Positions 51,601-64,000 of a DNA stretch of 64,000 nt are shown here, in pieces (position 1 is the first letter of the stretch; each line of letters begins with the position of its first letter). Location: assembly GCA_043228905.1 (NCBI GenBank), contig JBHGNT010000003.1:20956001-21020000 (forward strand), read 5' to 3'. Under the pieces are notes generated by a model, which ran no database searches, was not told the origin of the DNA, and saw nothing but the letters and a program-made list of their open reading frames with translations. The stretch is from Azolla caroliniana (lineage: Eukaryota; Plantae; Polypodiophyta). A program made the position numbers and the translations under genes.

Positions 51601-54600
51601 GATGTCGGCAACTTGCCGATCCGTATGAACATACCGAAGTTCGACTTCACCGCTCAGGACACGCTCACGCACGAGTGGTAGTGCACTTCGATATGCTTTG
51701 TGCGAGCATGGAATACAGGGTTCTTGGCGAGCTGCATGCTGCTTATGTTATTGCAGTAGATCAGGATCGGGGTCAGCACCTCGATTCGCAAGTCTTGCAG
51801 CAGTTGCAGAAGCCAAATGGCTTCACATGTGGCAACGGTAGCACCCCGGTATTCAGCCTTAGTGCTCGTGAGAGCCACTGTTGGCTACTTTTTGCTGCTC
51901 CACGCAATAGTCGCGCTACCAAGGGAAAACATATAGTTGGAAGTTGAACGACGATCTGATGCAACACTGGCCCAGTTGGCATCCGTGTAACTGACTAGCT
52001 CTTCGGTCATACCTCATCGGTATAACAGTCCCCGGTCCTTCGTGCCGCTCACATACCGCAGTATTCGATGCGCGCACTGAAGATGTTCTACGGTCGGCTT
52101 CTGCATGAATTGGCTAATCACACTGACCGGATAGTTGATGTCGGGTCGGGTGATGGTCAAATATATAAGGCTTCCGACAATTTGTCGAAACCGTTTCTCA
52201 TCGCAGGCCGGTCCGGAGTTGGGACAGAGCTTCTGGTTCCGGTCCAGGGGTGTAGAAATAGGGCGGCATTCCGTCATGCCAAACTTGTACAACATATTCA
52301 ACACATAGTGTCTCTGTGAGACCGATATGCCGCCAGGGGTTCGGATCACCTCGATCCCAAGGAAGTAGTGAAGCTCCCCCAAGTCCTTCATCTCAAATGT
52401 GTCCGACAGCTGGGACTTAACTCGACTGATTTCATCGAGTCCGGGTCCGGTGATGACTAGATCATCAACATACAACAAGATGCATACCAGACCGTCCGAA
52501 CCTTGCCAGATGAACAACGAAGAGTCAGACTTGGAGGCCGAAAACCCCATCTTACGCAACCGGTGCGTGATCTTCGCATTCCAAGCTCGGGGGGTTTGCT
52601 TTAGGCCATAAAGTGACTTCTTATGCCGGCATACCGCCGACTTTTTCATCCCCAACTGGAAACTAGGGGGTTGGGTCATAAAGACCTCTTCTTCAAGATC
52701 GTCGTGAAGAAATGCATTCTTCACGTCCATTTGGTGAAGATGCCACCCCCTTGTCGCAGCAACCGCTAGCACCACACGAACCGTCCTCATCTTCGCTACC
52801 GGAGCGAAGGTCTCATCGTAGTCAATTCCATGGGTCTGCGCGTATCCCTTTGCCACTAACTGGGCCTTGTACCGGTTAACTAAACCGTCGGCGTTGTACT
52901 TTACCTTGTACACCCACTGCATTCAATCAGTTTACAGTGACGGGGAGGGTCAACCAGGTCCCATGTATCGTTGGCATCAAGTGCCCGCATCTCTTCCTCC
53001 ATAGCGGCACGCCAATTTGTGTCCCTTGCCGCTTCTGCGTAGCTCTCCGGCTCACGCACTTCCGCCACCTTGGTCTTGTACGCATAGTAATGCGCCATGT
53101 ACTCATTGTATCCGTACCGCTTAACAGGTTCCTTCTGGCAGGTTGATCGGCGTAACCCACCGTTACCCAGTTTGAGGTTCTTCTTGGCCGGTTCGGTCTT
53201 TGTTGCCGAAGATCCGCCTTCTTTCATACCAGAGTCGGATCCGCTCCGATCCGACTCATCATTACCGGTTTCATAATCCTGCATCTTCTTCTTCCCCTTT
53301 TGTTTGTGCGTGAACCGTCTCCTCAATTCCTTGCGCGGGGAGAGCACGACAGAGTCTTCACTACTCGCCGGTTCCTCATCCGATTGGTCATCTCGACTCA
53401 GCCGCTCATTCGATCCACTTAACCGAAATGATATCAGACTCTCTTTTAGAGTGCCGACATCCTCATCTTCTAACTAGACCGGTTCAAGCTCACTAGCCTC
53501 ATCCTCCGGTATCGGGTCGGGGTCGGAAGTCAGAGCCAGTAAGGCATACCATGATGCCGTCTCATCAAACTCAACATCCTAGCTAACTCAGACCTACCCC
53601 TTTTGCTCATGCGAGTAACCGACTAGGATGTATTTCTCCGACTTTGCATCCAACTTCCTCCGCTTCTCATGCGGTACATGCACATATGCAATGCTATCGA
53701 ATATCCAAAGGTGTCGCAAATTCGGCTTGCGCCCGAAATATAGCTCATGCGCGGACACCTTGTCACCGATCTGGTTTTGGAAGTAGATGTCTGTCCGAAC
53801 CGCCTCCGCCTAGTAGAAATGGGGTATGCTCTTCTCCTCCAGCATCGCCCTTGACGTGTTGATAAGCGACCAGTTCTTCCTCTCGGCTACACTGTTTTGT
53901 TCTGGTGTGTATCTACAGCTGAACTCTCGCCGAATTCCTGTTTGCTACAGATAACTATTGAATTGGCCGGAAAAATATTCTTTTCCGCCATCCGACCGCA
54001 TGCACTTGATCTTCCTCTCTGATTCCCGCTCCACCATGCTCTGGAGGTTCCGGAAACAGTCGAAGACTTCGCTCTTCCGCTCAATGAGGTAGATCCATGT
54101 GTGCCGGCTATAGTCATCGATGAAGGAGACAAAATATCGACTCCCGCCAAGACTCGCATTTTGTGCCGGTTCCCATACATCCAAATGAATAAGGTCGAGC
54201 TTGTTACGGCTACAATTTCGTTCGGTAGGGAATGGAAGTCAGTGTTGCTTCCCGAGTTGGCAGGCTTCACATATTTGGGCCTTCCGGCCACTAAACTTCG
54301 GCAAACTGAAAACAACTTGTTTCGTTTGCAGGTCTTGAAGCCTCCGATAATTGACGTGGCCGATCCGCTTGTGCCACAAGTCGATGTCCGATTCGACCTT
54401 CTGTGCTTTGGCGAACAAAGCAGTGCCGACGTCATTGGTGTTGAGGATGAACATCCTCCCATCTCTGCGCCCTTGCGCAATGATTTGGCCCTCTTCCTCG
54501 ATGAAGCACCCGAGGTGCGTAAACCGCACCTACATCCCCTAGTCAACGATCTGACAGATTGACACCAGGTTCTTCATGATAGTCGGAATGTGTAATACGT

Positions 54601-56397
54601 TCATCAGCTTCCCCCTCTGTCCGACGTGGCTCAAAGGGACTTCTCCGACATGCACGATTGGGTGAGGAGTGTCGTCTCCAGTTTCGACAACTCCCGGTTG
54701 TTCCGGTTTCTCCAAGAAGGAGAACCACTCTTTGTGGCTTGTCATGTGATTCGACGCACCGGAATCAATATACCATACTTCCTCTGATTTGGAAGTGGTC
54801 TTCTTCATCGAATTTGCCTCGTGCTTCATCACGAAGGCTGGCCCCTTACCGGTCTTCCTAGTTCCGGATCCTTTCGATCCTTGCGCGTAGTGCGAGCTTT
54901 GCCGGTTTTCCCGACCGATTTTGTCAGATTCAGATCTGTCCGAATCGGCACACTTCTTCTAGCACTCGCTTTCTCGGTGGCCCTTTTTACCACAATACCA
55001 GCATTCCGTGGCGGATTTATCTTGCCGACCTCCGGTGCCACCTTGACTCCCCCTGCTTGTGGAAGTCCCAGAACTATTGTCAGCACGTTCTCTGTGCCTT
55101 CTTTCCGGCTCTTGTCGGCCGCCTCCAGTGCGTGCCGACCCACCTCCGGCTGTCTAATTGAGTGGTCCTAGACCCACTCATGTGGTTTTCTTCGACCATC
55201 AACATCGATTGCAAGCCGAAGAAGGTCGGTGGTTTCTCTCGGGTGTAGATCCCTGTCCGGATTGGCCCGTACCTTTGCGCTAGACCACCAAGGCGAATTT
55301 GTACCATTTCGTCTTCGTCCACCGTCACGTTGATGGACCCGAGCGCGTCGCAAATCTCCTTTATTTTGGTGGTGTAGTCCGTAACTGACATATCTCTTTG
55401 TCGGATGTTGTTCAACTCTTACCGGAGCTGCAACTTACGGGTTGTGGTACTTGTGGCGAAAAGCTTATGCAGATTTTCCCAGGCCTCCTTTGGCGTCTTT
55501 GCATCCCTGATGTAGCCGAGCATCTGGTCGTGCACACAGGACGCGAGGTAGTATAATACTCAGCTCGCTCCTTGCTCCCATACCGGGAAGTCCTTGTGTC
55601 CAGGCTCTGGTGCTACCTCATTCGTTCCTTCCACGAAACCCCAATACCCATGTCCTAGTAGGTACTGGTGCATTTTGTATGACCAGGACGCGTAGTTGCT
55701 CCAGTCGAGCTTCTCTGTAGGAAGTGAACTCGCCATACCTCTTTCCATTTTATTTTTTTTCGTCTATTGTTCTATTCTCACAACCTGTAGGGTTTTTCTT
55801 GCGAAAGCAAATGTCAGCTGCAGAGGTCTTCAACCCTCGCGCTTTGATACCGTGTAAAAGATTATGTGCGGAATCAATAGAAAACGAACACAAAAAACAC
55901 GTAGGTTTAATGGAAAGTTTTACAGTACGCGAGAGAGACAGAGAAAGAGCAGAACAACTTAATTCTATTAGAAAACAATAATAGTTCTCTATACATGAAA
56001 CGTGCTCAACAACACTATTTATACGAGTCCTGAGAGGATTGACAGAAGTACCGCGTACTTCAATGCTCACTCGAGCGTCTGGCACTGACTACGAGACTAT
56101 TAACTCCCTAGTAGTCTAGTTGCTACTAGGCTTCCGGTTACTGATGGATCCAACTAACCGGCTCCCCAGCTCACCGGCTCACTTGCTCACCGGGTCACCG
56201 ATCCGGTTCAAGCTTATTCAGCCGATCCGGATTTGGTTGTGCTTGCTGCTCAACAGTAACTAAGTTACAAAAGGTTGGTTTAAATACTAACTAGCCTAGG
56301 GCAACTACCCTTTATGTTATTTACAAAACAAGCCTAGTGTGTCCATTGGCTAGTGTGAAAACCATTTTATTGGGGGAGTTGAGTTCGATTCTCAACA
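45637..56397 (-). mobile_element. Decayed Ty1/copia element X (outer)
   Basis: 3' LTR 45637-45915. 5' LTR split into 50334-50475 and 56261-56397. PBS reverse complement at 50323-50333. Near-TSD ATAAT/AAAAT. Fragments WFVDSGASNHM, LYGLKQAPRAW, LYVDDLVI. Confidence 0.9.
50476..56255 (-). mobile_element. Decayed Ty1/copia element Y nested in the 5' LTR of X
   Basis: LTRs 50476-50903 and 55853-56255. Perfect TSD GTAAC at 50471-50475 and 56256-56260. PBS-like at 55841-55852, PPT at 50904-50912. Frameshifted gag-pol fragments. Confidence 0.93.
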
Positions 56398-56402
56398 AAA
56401 AT

Positions 56403-57180
56403 TTACAATGCAAAACCTAATAAAATAAAAACCTATTAATCATTGTCAAACTCTGGAGAGACCACAATATGTTTTTTCCTTATGCCTAGACATTAAGAAC
56501 ACGGAGAATTGAAGTAGTCACAAATGCAAGCATCATGAGAGTTGTTTTGGATTAAGACCTAATTATATCAAACTAATTATAATTTACGATGCAAAATCCA
56601 ATCAAATCAACAACACTTTAATCGTTGTCAAACTCTTAGGCCTAGACATTGAGAACACGGGCAATTAAAGTAGCGACAAATGCATGAGAGCCATTTTGGA
56701 TTAAAACCTAATTATATCAAACTACTTATAATAAATACGATGCAAAACCTAATCAGATTGAAACCCATTAATCATGAGGCAACCGAATGATGCAACCTTT
56801 ATGATGTCGTGGTAATAGTCTCAATGGAGCCTGGGGTCAAGGCAATTAAAGTAGTGACAAATGCATGAGAGCCATTTTGGATTAAGACCTAATTATATCA
56901 AACTACTTATAATTTACGATGCAAAGCCTAATCAGATCGAAACCCATTAATCGTGACGCAACTAAATGATGCAACCTTAATGATGTCATGGTAATATTAT
57001 CAATGGGGCCTGGGGCCGAGGGTTAGTGTTAGGTTAGGGTGTAGGTTTGGATTAAGGCCTAATTAGATCAAACTAATCATAATTATAGTGTAGTGTTTGG
57101 ATCATAATTAGATCGTGGCGCAACGTAATGATGCAACCTTAATGAAGTCGCGGTAGTAGTATCAACTGGGCCTGGGGCCG
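56403..57180. repeat. Degenerate tandem repeat (~150-200-bp units), continuing at 45540-45636
   Basis: Recurring GGATTAAGACCTAATTATATCAAACTA and GATGCAACCTTAATGATGTC blocks. One unit is split by element X. Confidence 0.8.
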
Positions 57181-57184
57181 AGTG

Positions 57185-57226
57185 TTAGGGTTAGGGTTAG
57201 GGTTAGGGTTTAGGGTTAGGTTTAGG
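57185..57226 (+). repeat. Interstitial telomere-like tract (TTAGGG)4 TTTAGGG TTAGG...
   Basis: Read directly; a degenerate copy is at ~57020-57045. Confidence 0.85.
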
Positions 57227-57460
57227 TTTTATTATGAGAAATGGGGAGGGTATAAGGGAATGGTGTCGGAGTAGATTTAAGGCTTTTAATGTCTCTCTCT
57301 CTCTCTCTGTTCTTAATTCATCTCCCTCTCTATCTATCTCGCCACGTTTCCATCTTCCTTCTTCTTTTTCTTCTTCTTCTTCTTCTTCTTCTTCTTCAGA
57401 TCATTCTGATTCTCCAATCTTTCCTGCTTCCTCCTTCTCCGTTTCTTCTTTTATCATTTG

Positions 57461-57491
<31 letters not shown>

Positions 57492-57866
57492 CATCTTCTT
57501 CTTCTTCTGATCATCCTGATTCTGTAACACCTTCTTCCCCCTCCGTTCATTCCCTCCGTTCATTCCCCCCATTCTTACTTCTTCTTCCTCAGACCATCCT
57601 AATACTGCAACTTGTTTCTTTTTCTTCTTCTTATTCGTTCGTCTTCATCTTTAGGTCATTCTAATTCTGCAACATTATCTTTTTATTCAGTTCATCCCGA
57701 TTCGGCAAGCTTTTCTTCTTCTTCTTCTGTTCGTTCCATTTCTTCGCCTTTTTTTTTTATCTTCCTCCTCTTTGTCAGCATTTTCATCTTCCATTTTCTT
57801 GTGAAGCAAAAGCACCGCCAATGGATTCTTTGAGCATATAACCAGTGTGTGTATACTCCAGCTAAA

Positions 57867-60800
57867 ATGGCCAGCTCCGCCTCACCTAGAGGATTGGCTC
57901 AACAGGTTTGTGAATCAAATTTATATTTCCATCTTCTTTCTCTAATTTATATATTTATAATCGCACGTATATTCTGGCAATTTTCTATTTGCCAAACATT
58001 TGAATTTCCTTGCAGCACCTTGATTTTCCTTCTAAAGTCCCAGTTTACTTTACTTGTAGAAGTCTTGATTCGGTTGAGTTCTACATGCTTAATTATTCTT
58101 ATAAAGTCTCAATTATCAGGCTTAATATGTTTGATCTTTTTTGTTGTAAACACTCGATTTTTTCGATTATATGCTTCATTTTGTGTTGAAAAGGTTTGAC
58201 TCTCTCTTGGAAAACTTTCATTTCCATTGTAATGGATCATTGCTTAAAATATCTGTGTATTAATACATAAGGATTCCTTCTAAAAACTCTTGATTTCTCT
58301 CATAAACATGCATTACTTTTCCTCTAAAGGCTTGATTTATATACTCTGAATTTCATGTTAAGGTTTAATTTTCCTTTTAGTAAAGGGTTATTATCTCTGT
58401 AAAGGTCTGGTTTCATTGATCAATATGCTTAACTTTACCTGTAACGATTTGATTTTCCTTATAAAGGTTTGATTTTCCATGTAAAGGTTTGTTCTCTTTT
58501 ATGGATCTATAGTGGAACAGATCTTTTTCTTATTCATGTTCATTTGTTGTAGCCTTCCCTGGAAACTGGTGGAGAAGAGAAGGATCAGAGAATTGGTCAA
58601 AAAGAATTGGTTAAAATATCTGTGTATTAATGCATAAGGATTCCCTTTAAAAACTCTTGATTTCTCTCATAAACATGCATTACTTTTCCTCTAAAGGCGA
58701 TTTATATGCTCAGAATTTCATGTTAAGGTTTAATTTTCCTTTTAGTAAAGGGTTAATATCTCTGTAAAGGCTTGGTTTCATTGATCAATATGCTTAACTT
58801 TACCTGTAACGATTTGATTTTCCTTATAAAGGTTTGATTTTCACGTAAAGGTTTGTTCTCTTTGATGGATCTATAATGGAGCAGATCTTTTTCTTATTCA
58901 TGTTCATTTATTGTAGCCTTCCCTGAAAACTGGTGGAGAAGAGAAGGATCAGAGAATTGGTCAAAAAGGATGGGGACATCTAAGTTCATCTCTCCAATCT
59001 GAAAACGTTCAGCAAGAATTTGCTCAAGAAACGGCTCATCTATCAGCAGATGACCATCTTGTAGAGTTCTCTGAAGCATTGAGAAGTTAGTATCCTATCG
59101 TTGTGAATTTCAATTGTTTACATTACAGTAGGTTCCTAATGCAGTTTGAATATTCATCCTCAAATTCAGTCTTTAATCTAGTTGAATTTTGATCCTTAAA
59201 TTTAATGCTGGTTAAATTCCACATTTAAAACAGTTTTTTATCAGGTTAAATTTGCTGCCTTAAATTCTGATTAAACCCTTAACCCTAAACCAAATTTCTA
59301 TATGTGGTTAAATTAGCGTTTCTAAATTTAGCAAATTTGCTTTCTTAAATTCAATTCGTAAATTTTGTAAAATTTGCATCCTTATATTGAGTTCGTCATG
59401 CTCTGCCACTTGGGTTGGATCTGACAAGAGCATGGTGCTGATTGAAGGTTGCAAGACACACATGTAATAGCAAGAAGACTTCCTAGAGTGGGAATACTCT
59501 TCTTGGTTGTACAAGAAAGACCAAGAGCCTGTGGTAGCTCCACAAGATGATGCAAAAAGAGACCCTCAATAGATTTGCACCTAGTTGGGTATCACATTAC
59601 AGAACATTTTGTGATGACATTTGGAGGTTTGTAAACATGGGAAACATTGTGCTATTTGGCGACTTTAATGCATGCACATGTGAAGAAAAAACAATACTCT
59701 GAGGTCATGTATGTGGAGATTGCTGCAGAGGAATTTGGCATGCAATGATCAGCACAAGGCAAAAGAGAGTTAGCAGAGTATGTTAGACACTTCCTTGCCC
59801 TTGGAAGTAAGAATGGATTTCAAGTTTACCATAGATGCTCATGATAGGCAGGTTTTAGGAGATGCATTGATATGTTGGAATCCTGACGGTGAAGAATGTA
59901 TGATAGATTACTTGATGGGATCCCCATCATTAAGACCAGAAATTAAAGAATGTGTCAGCACTTGGAGACGAATTGGTTTGGCTGCAAATGATGCATATTT
60001 GTAATTTATTGTGGAAGCATGACAATATGAAAATGTGGATACCAAGAACATGACCAGATATGAGTATGCTTATGAATGTCACGAAACGATTGCAAATAGA
60101 TATTGAGATAATTTTACACTATTTGATGGTTTATTCTCAACGTGAGGATATATTTACTTGTATGCTTATGAATGTCATGAAAGGCCTGCAAATAGATATT
60201 GCATACTTCTAGCAATTATGTCTTCATCATCAGTTTTTTATCACCAATATGGGCATGACCCCACATAATACTTGATACAACGTAACTCAAAGAAAGATGC
60301 ACATGCCTGCAATGTGAAGTTATACTGGGTATATGTACAAATCTCTCCCAACCTCTCCATGCCATCTGAAAGGTTCACCAAACTTGGTCTTGGACCATTT
60401 CTCTTTTTCGCCCACATGCTCTCTTGGGTATTTGCGTAATTCCTTGTGCTAGTTTTCTTTTGTTTTTGTTGATTCCTTACATCTTCACCATGTATTGCAA
60501 TGGGCAAAGCCTTTGGTATCCCATTCTCAGTTCGTAATCTGGTTGATTTTGTATGCTTAAATTTGTTTCTTTATCTTGAAATGCTCATTTACATTAAATT
60601 CTTGACTGTTGTCGAGTTTGTATTGTGACTCTCAATTGTGTTGAACTGCACCTTTAGATTCTGTGTTCTGATCTGGTTAAATTTGTACCAATTCAGCTTC
60701 TAAAATAGTTTAATTTGCATGCATAAATGCGGTTAATTTAGTTTAACATTCGTATGTATTGCAGGTGTAGAAAAGGCTTTGAGGATTGTTGCTGAGGGGA

Positions 60801-63800
60801 AGGCAAAAGCATTGGAAGAAGCTGCTGAGTGGAAGCGCAAGTATGAACTCGAATGCTCACGGAATAAGACAACCGAAGGTATTTCCAATTGTAGGTGTTA
60901 ACCGCATTCCTTGATCCCATGTACATAGGGTCTTGTGGAAATGTGAGAGTTAACTCCATTGTACACCTCCATGACTGTAGCCCATGGTACAGTATGCATT
61001 GGATGCATCATTAAAACGTACTCTTAGTCTTTACTCCAATTTCTACAATGTCTGCATTAAATGGGTTTATTGTAATAACTTATGTAATTGAAGTAAGGGT
61101 CATTTATTATACTTCTATGTCTGCAATAAATGTGATGGGTGCATTTACTTCAATAGGTGGAGTGATGGTTGGTTGATATTATTCCTACATTAATTGGTAG
61201 TTAGCATTTGCTCCAGAATGTGGAATAGTGATGACTATGATAAACGTTTTTCCTATATAATAGACTATGATGACTATACAATCATATATATTTGATTTAG
61301 CATTGTACTTGTTTCTGTACTGTATACACTTTTTGGTTTTTCATCCTCTAGTACTTCGAATTTTGATACACTCTAGATCCTAAACCCTCTTATCAATAAC
61401 AAATGGAGCTCTGCATTTTATGAAAGCTACAATGATTGTTGATACTTATTTAACAGTTCTCGCAGTATCAAGCACAAAGAAGAACTCGCCATCAGTTAAT
61501 GTACAAAACAATGTGGTGGTTTCCTTGGATGGGAGTCAAAGACAGATTCCTGAGCTGAATGGGAATTACTGTGCGAGAGATGGCATTTGTAGCCATGAGG
61601 TTCTTGGGAGAGAAGATAGTACATCAGAACTGCCAAATTTATTAGATGAGAAGAAAATGTTAACAAAGGTTTGTTTCCTTCCTTTCTTCTACAATCTTTA
61701 TTTACACAAGAGCCATCAAATAATGGTGATAAAGTTGTCGCATATTTGTTGGTTTTACAGGTACCGTTCTCTCTTGCATGGGGCTGTGATGGAGTGAAGG
61801 ACAGGCATCACAAGCATGATGTGGTTTCATTTGAAAGAGGTGATATCACAACAGCTGTTCGGAGTAGCAAGGAGGTAACATATGTTTGCAATTTTGTTGT
61901 ATCTTGCAACTAATTCTTGAAAACTCCCAAATTCTCCTTGTTTCCAATAAGTTTTTAATATTTTCCTAAATACTCTCCTGGTTCACTATGTCTTGGGCAA
62001 TTATTTTGCCAATTCTTCTCCAGTTTTGCAATTCATGTGATATTTTAGCATTTAAATTCATTTTCCGTTTCTCTCTTTTGGGGGTTTTATGAACGGCATC
62101 TGGAAAAATAGCAAAAACCCAGGGGCATTGATAGCAAAAGAAAACTTAGGGGTGTTCAGGAGTTTCTACCTTGCAGTAACCCCATAAAGTTTCTGAACTT
62201 ACTTACAGTTTAATAGAGCATGCATAAGCGTATGCATGATAAATCATAAAACAGGGAATTATACATTGTTTGGTGCATATATAACAATAATAAATCCAGG
62301 TCATTGACGGAAATAACAAAAAACGGAAGGGCATGGGGGTAGTGAAAGAAAATGCAAGGGAGTTTAGGAGTTTTTACCTTAACAGTAACTCCAGATTTGT
62401 TCCCAAATGTACATATGCATGACAGTGAGACATGTCCCCAAATGGTACAATTGCAGATCTAGGATCTTGAAACATTTTCAAAATTGAATTAACTGTCCTT
62501 TCTGATGCTTATTTCCCATTATGATCTGCATTATATGGGCAGATCATCTTAGAATGGGACTCGCCACCTCAATCTGTTGCGATACTTACAAAGCCTAATT
62601 CTGCTGAAGTGCAGGCCCTTTGTAAGGAGATGGTGAAGTATGTTCTCCCTTTCTGGTCTCAGAAATCATTGTTCAAAGTCGACCTTTCATGGAAAAAAAA
62701 AGATTAAAATGTGGGGTTCTGTCTTTTGGTAGGTGGCTAAAGGAGGATAAAGGATTGAACATTTTTGTAGAACCACGTGTCAAGTTGGAGCTTCTGTCAA
62801 GTAGTTCCTTTTACAGCTTTGTTCACACGTGGGAAAAAGGTATAGACTTACGGATGCTAGAGGTTGTATTTGCCATGATAAAAGAATATTTAGGAACATA
62901 AATAAACAAAGAGAAGCAATGAGACATGTATGTTAAGTGTAATGTTTCTGCTTATCAAATCCAGAGAACCCTCCGTCTCTCTCTTTATAGCATGCTGTAT
63001 ATTAAATTTGAATGTGATTGGTGGTGGTAATAAACATAATCTCTGCTAGCTTTGAGATTTTCATACACTATGTGCTTTCATAAAAAATTCTTTGTTGTGA
63101 CACATGCTAATCTTGGAAGAGTGGATTGGACTTGGGTTTGATGCTAATGGTAATGCTAGGTAATAATGTTAAATCTTGAGTACAATGTAACCATGGGTCT
63201 CACAAAGGAATTGCATTAGGTAATGCCTATATTGGATTCTGATATGTATTTGGCCAACCCATGCCATGTGTAGATTATTTAATTGATTACATCCACTTGA
63301 ATAGGTGATGATGACATAACTGTAGAGCTCTTATTCTGCAGATCAATCTTGTAGGTGTAACTCTCCATATCTTTAAGACTGCCAATGTTCCTGTCTATTT
63401 CCCACCTTAAGATGAGGTGTTCACCAAAAGCTTCCCTCTTTCAGTTTTCCTCTGGCATCAGGATTCAAGTGGAATATTTACTTTGTTTAATATTATATCA
63501 AAAGCTTAAAAGAAAAACTCTTTCTGCTTTTATCAACGAAGAACTGGCTGGTATACCTTTAAATATTAATAAGTAAGTTTATCAGTGCAGATGAAGAGGT
63601 CCAAATGCTGCATAGCAAGGTTGATCTTGTTATAACACTAGGTGGAGATGGAACTGTGCTTTGGGTATGTATCAGCTTTGTCTTACAAAATTTCAGGAAA
63701 TATTGCTGTCAGATCCTCATACGTTTATAAACGTTCCAGACGGCTTCCATGTTCAAGGGACCTGTACCTCCATTGGTCTCATTTGCAATGGGGTCATTAG

Positions 63801-64000
63801 GTTTCATGACACCATTCCGTATCCTTTACTGTAAATAATGGCTGGTGTAATTTAACAAAACTTTTCTTGTAATTTAACTTTAACCATCAATAAAGAGAGC
63901 GATAGGTATAAAGATACACTCCAGAACATAATGAGAGGGCCATTGCATATCTCTCTTCGTTATCGTCTAAACTGCCGAATAATCAGGGCATCTGACCCTC
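57867..64000 (+). CDS. NADK1: NAD kinase, NADK1-like (partial; continues past the window)
   Basis: Exons 57867-57905, 58917-59085, 60765-60878, 61457-61668, 61761-61874, 62543-62637, 62733-62839, 63591-63664, 63740-63818 and 63896 onward. Motifs [64 protein letters not shown]. Confidence 0.92.
58244..58970. repeat. ~365-bp tandem duplication covering the NADK intron 1 acceptor and start of exon 2
   Basis: Units start TTAAAATATCTGTGTATTAAT at 58244 and 58611. Confidence 0.92.
59560..60000 (+). pseudogene. LINE APE-endonuclease remnant in a NADK intron
   Basis: [10 protein letters not shown] and IDYLMGS motifs in broken frames. Confidence 0.5.
63819..63895 (+). other. U12-type (minor spliceosome) GT-AG intron
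   Basis: 5' site GTATCCTTT. Branch-like CTTTAAC at 63878-63884, close to the AG. No polypyrimidine tract. Splicing restores FMTPFQSDRYKD. Confidence 0.85.

Noticed and set aside
57234-57833. ORFs rich in poly-Ser, His, Leu or Ile (also 9765-9956 and the minus-strand ORFs at 29795-30686)
   Set aside because: They are translations of CTT/CAT microsatellites in UTR, promoter or antisense sequence.

Overview
Repeat-rich nuclear DNA from a land plant, probably a non-seed plant (inference only). There are two host genes: plastid SecY/SCY1 (8 exons, 30393-39128) and a cytosolic NAD kinase NADK1-like gene (57867 to the window end), which has a U12-type intron. The rest is mostly transposable elements. 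These include one intact, recent Ty1/copia (1853-7315, TSD AAAAC) inserted in an older copia LTR, two nested decayed copia elements (45637-56397), gypsy, LINE and MULE remnants, and a Ulp1-type pseudogene. The notable structure is a ~15.2-kb inverted repeat (11270-26504). Each arm carries a divergent gene pair: an intronless Sola-like DDE transposase (~926 aa) and a 6-exon gene fusing a ParB/Srx-like domain to a bacterial-type beta-class N6-adenine/N4-cytosine DNA methyltransferase (~974 aa). Intron 1 of that gene holds an array of 25-bp palindromes at ~51-bp spacing. This looks like a DNA transposon carrying its own ParB-methyltransferase and candidate binding sites. Both copies here are disabled, mainly by C-to-T nonsense changes.
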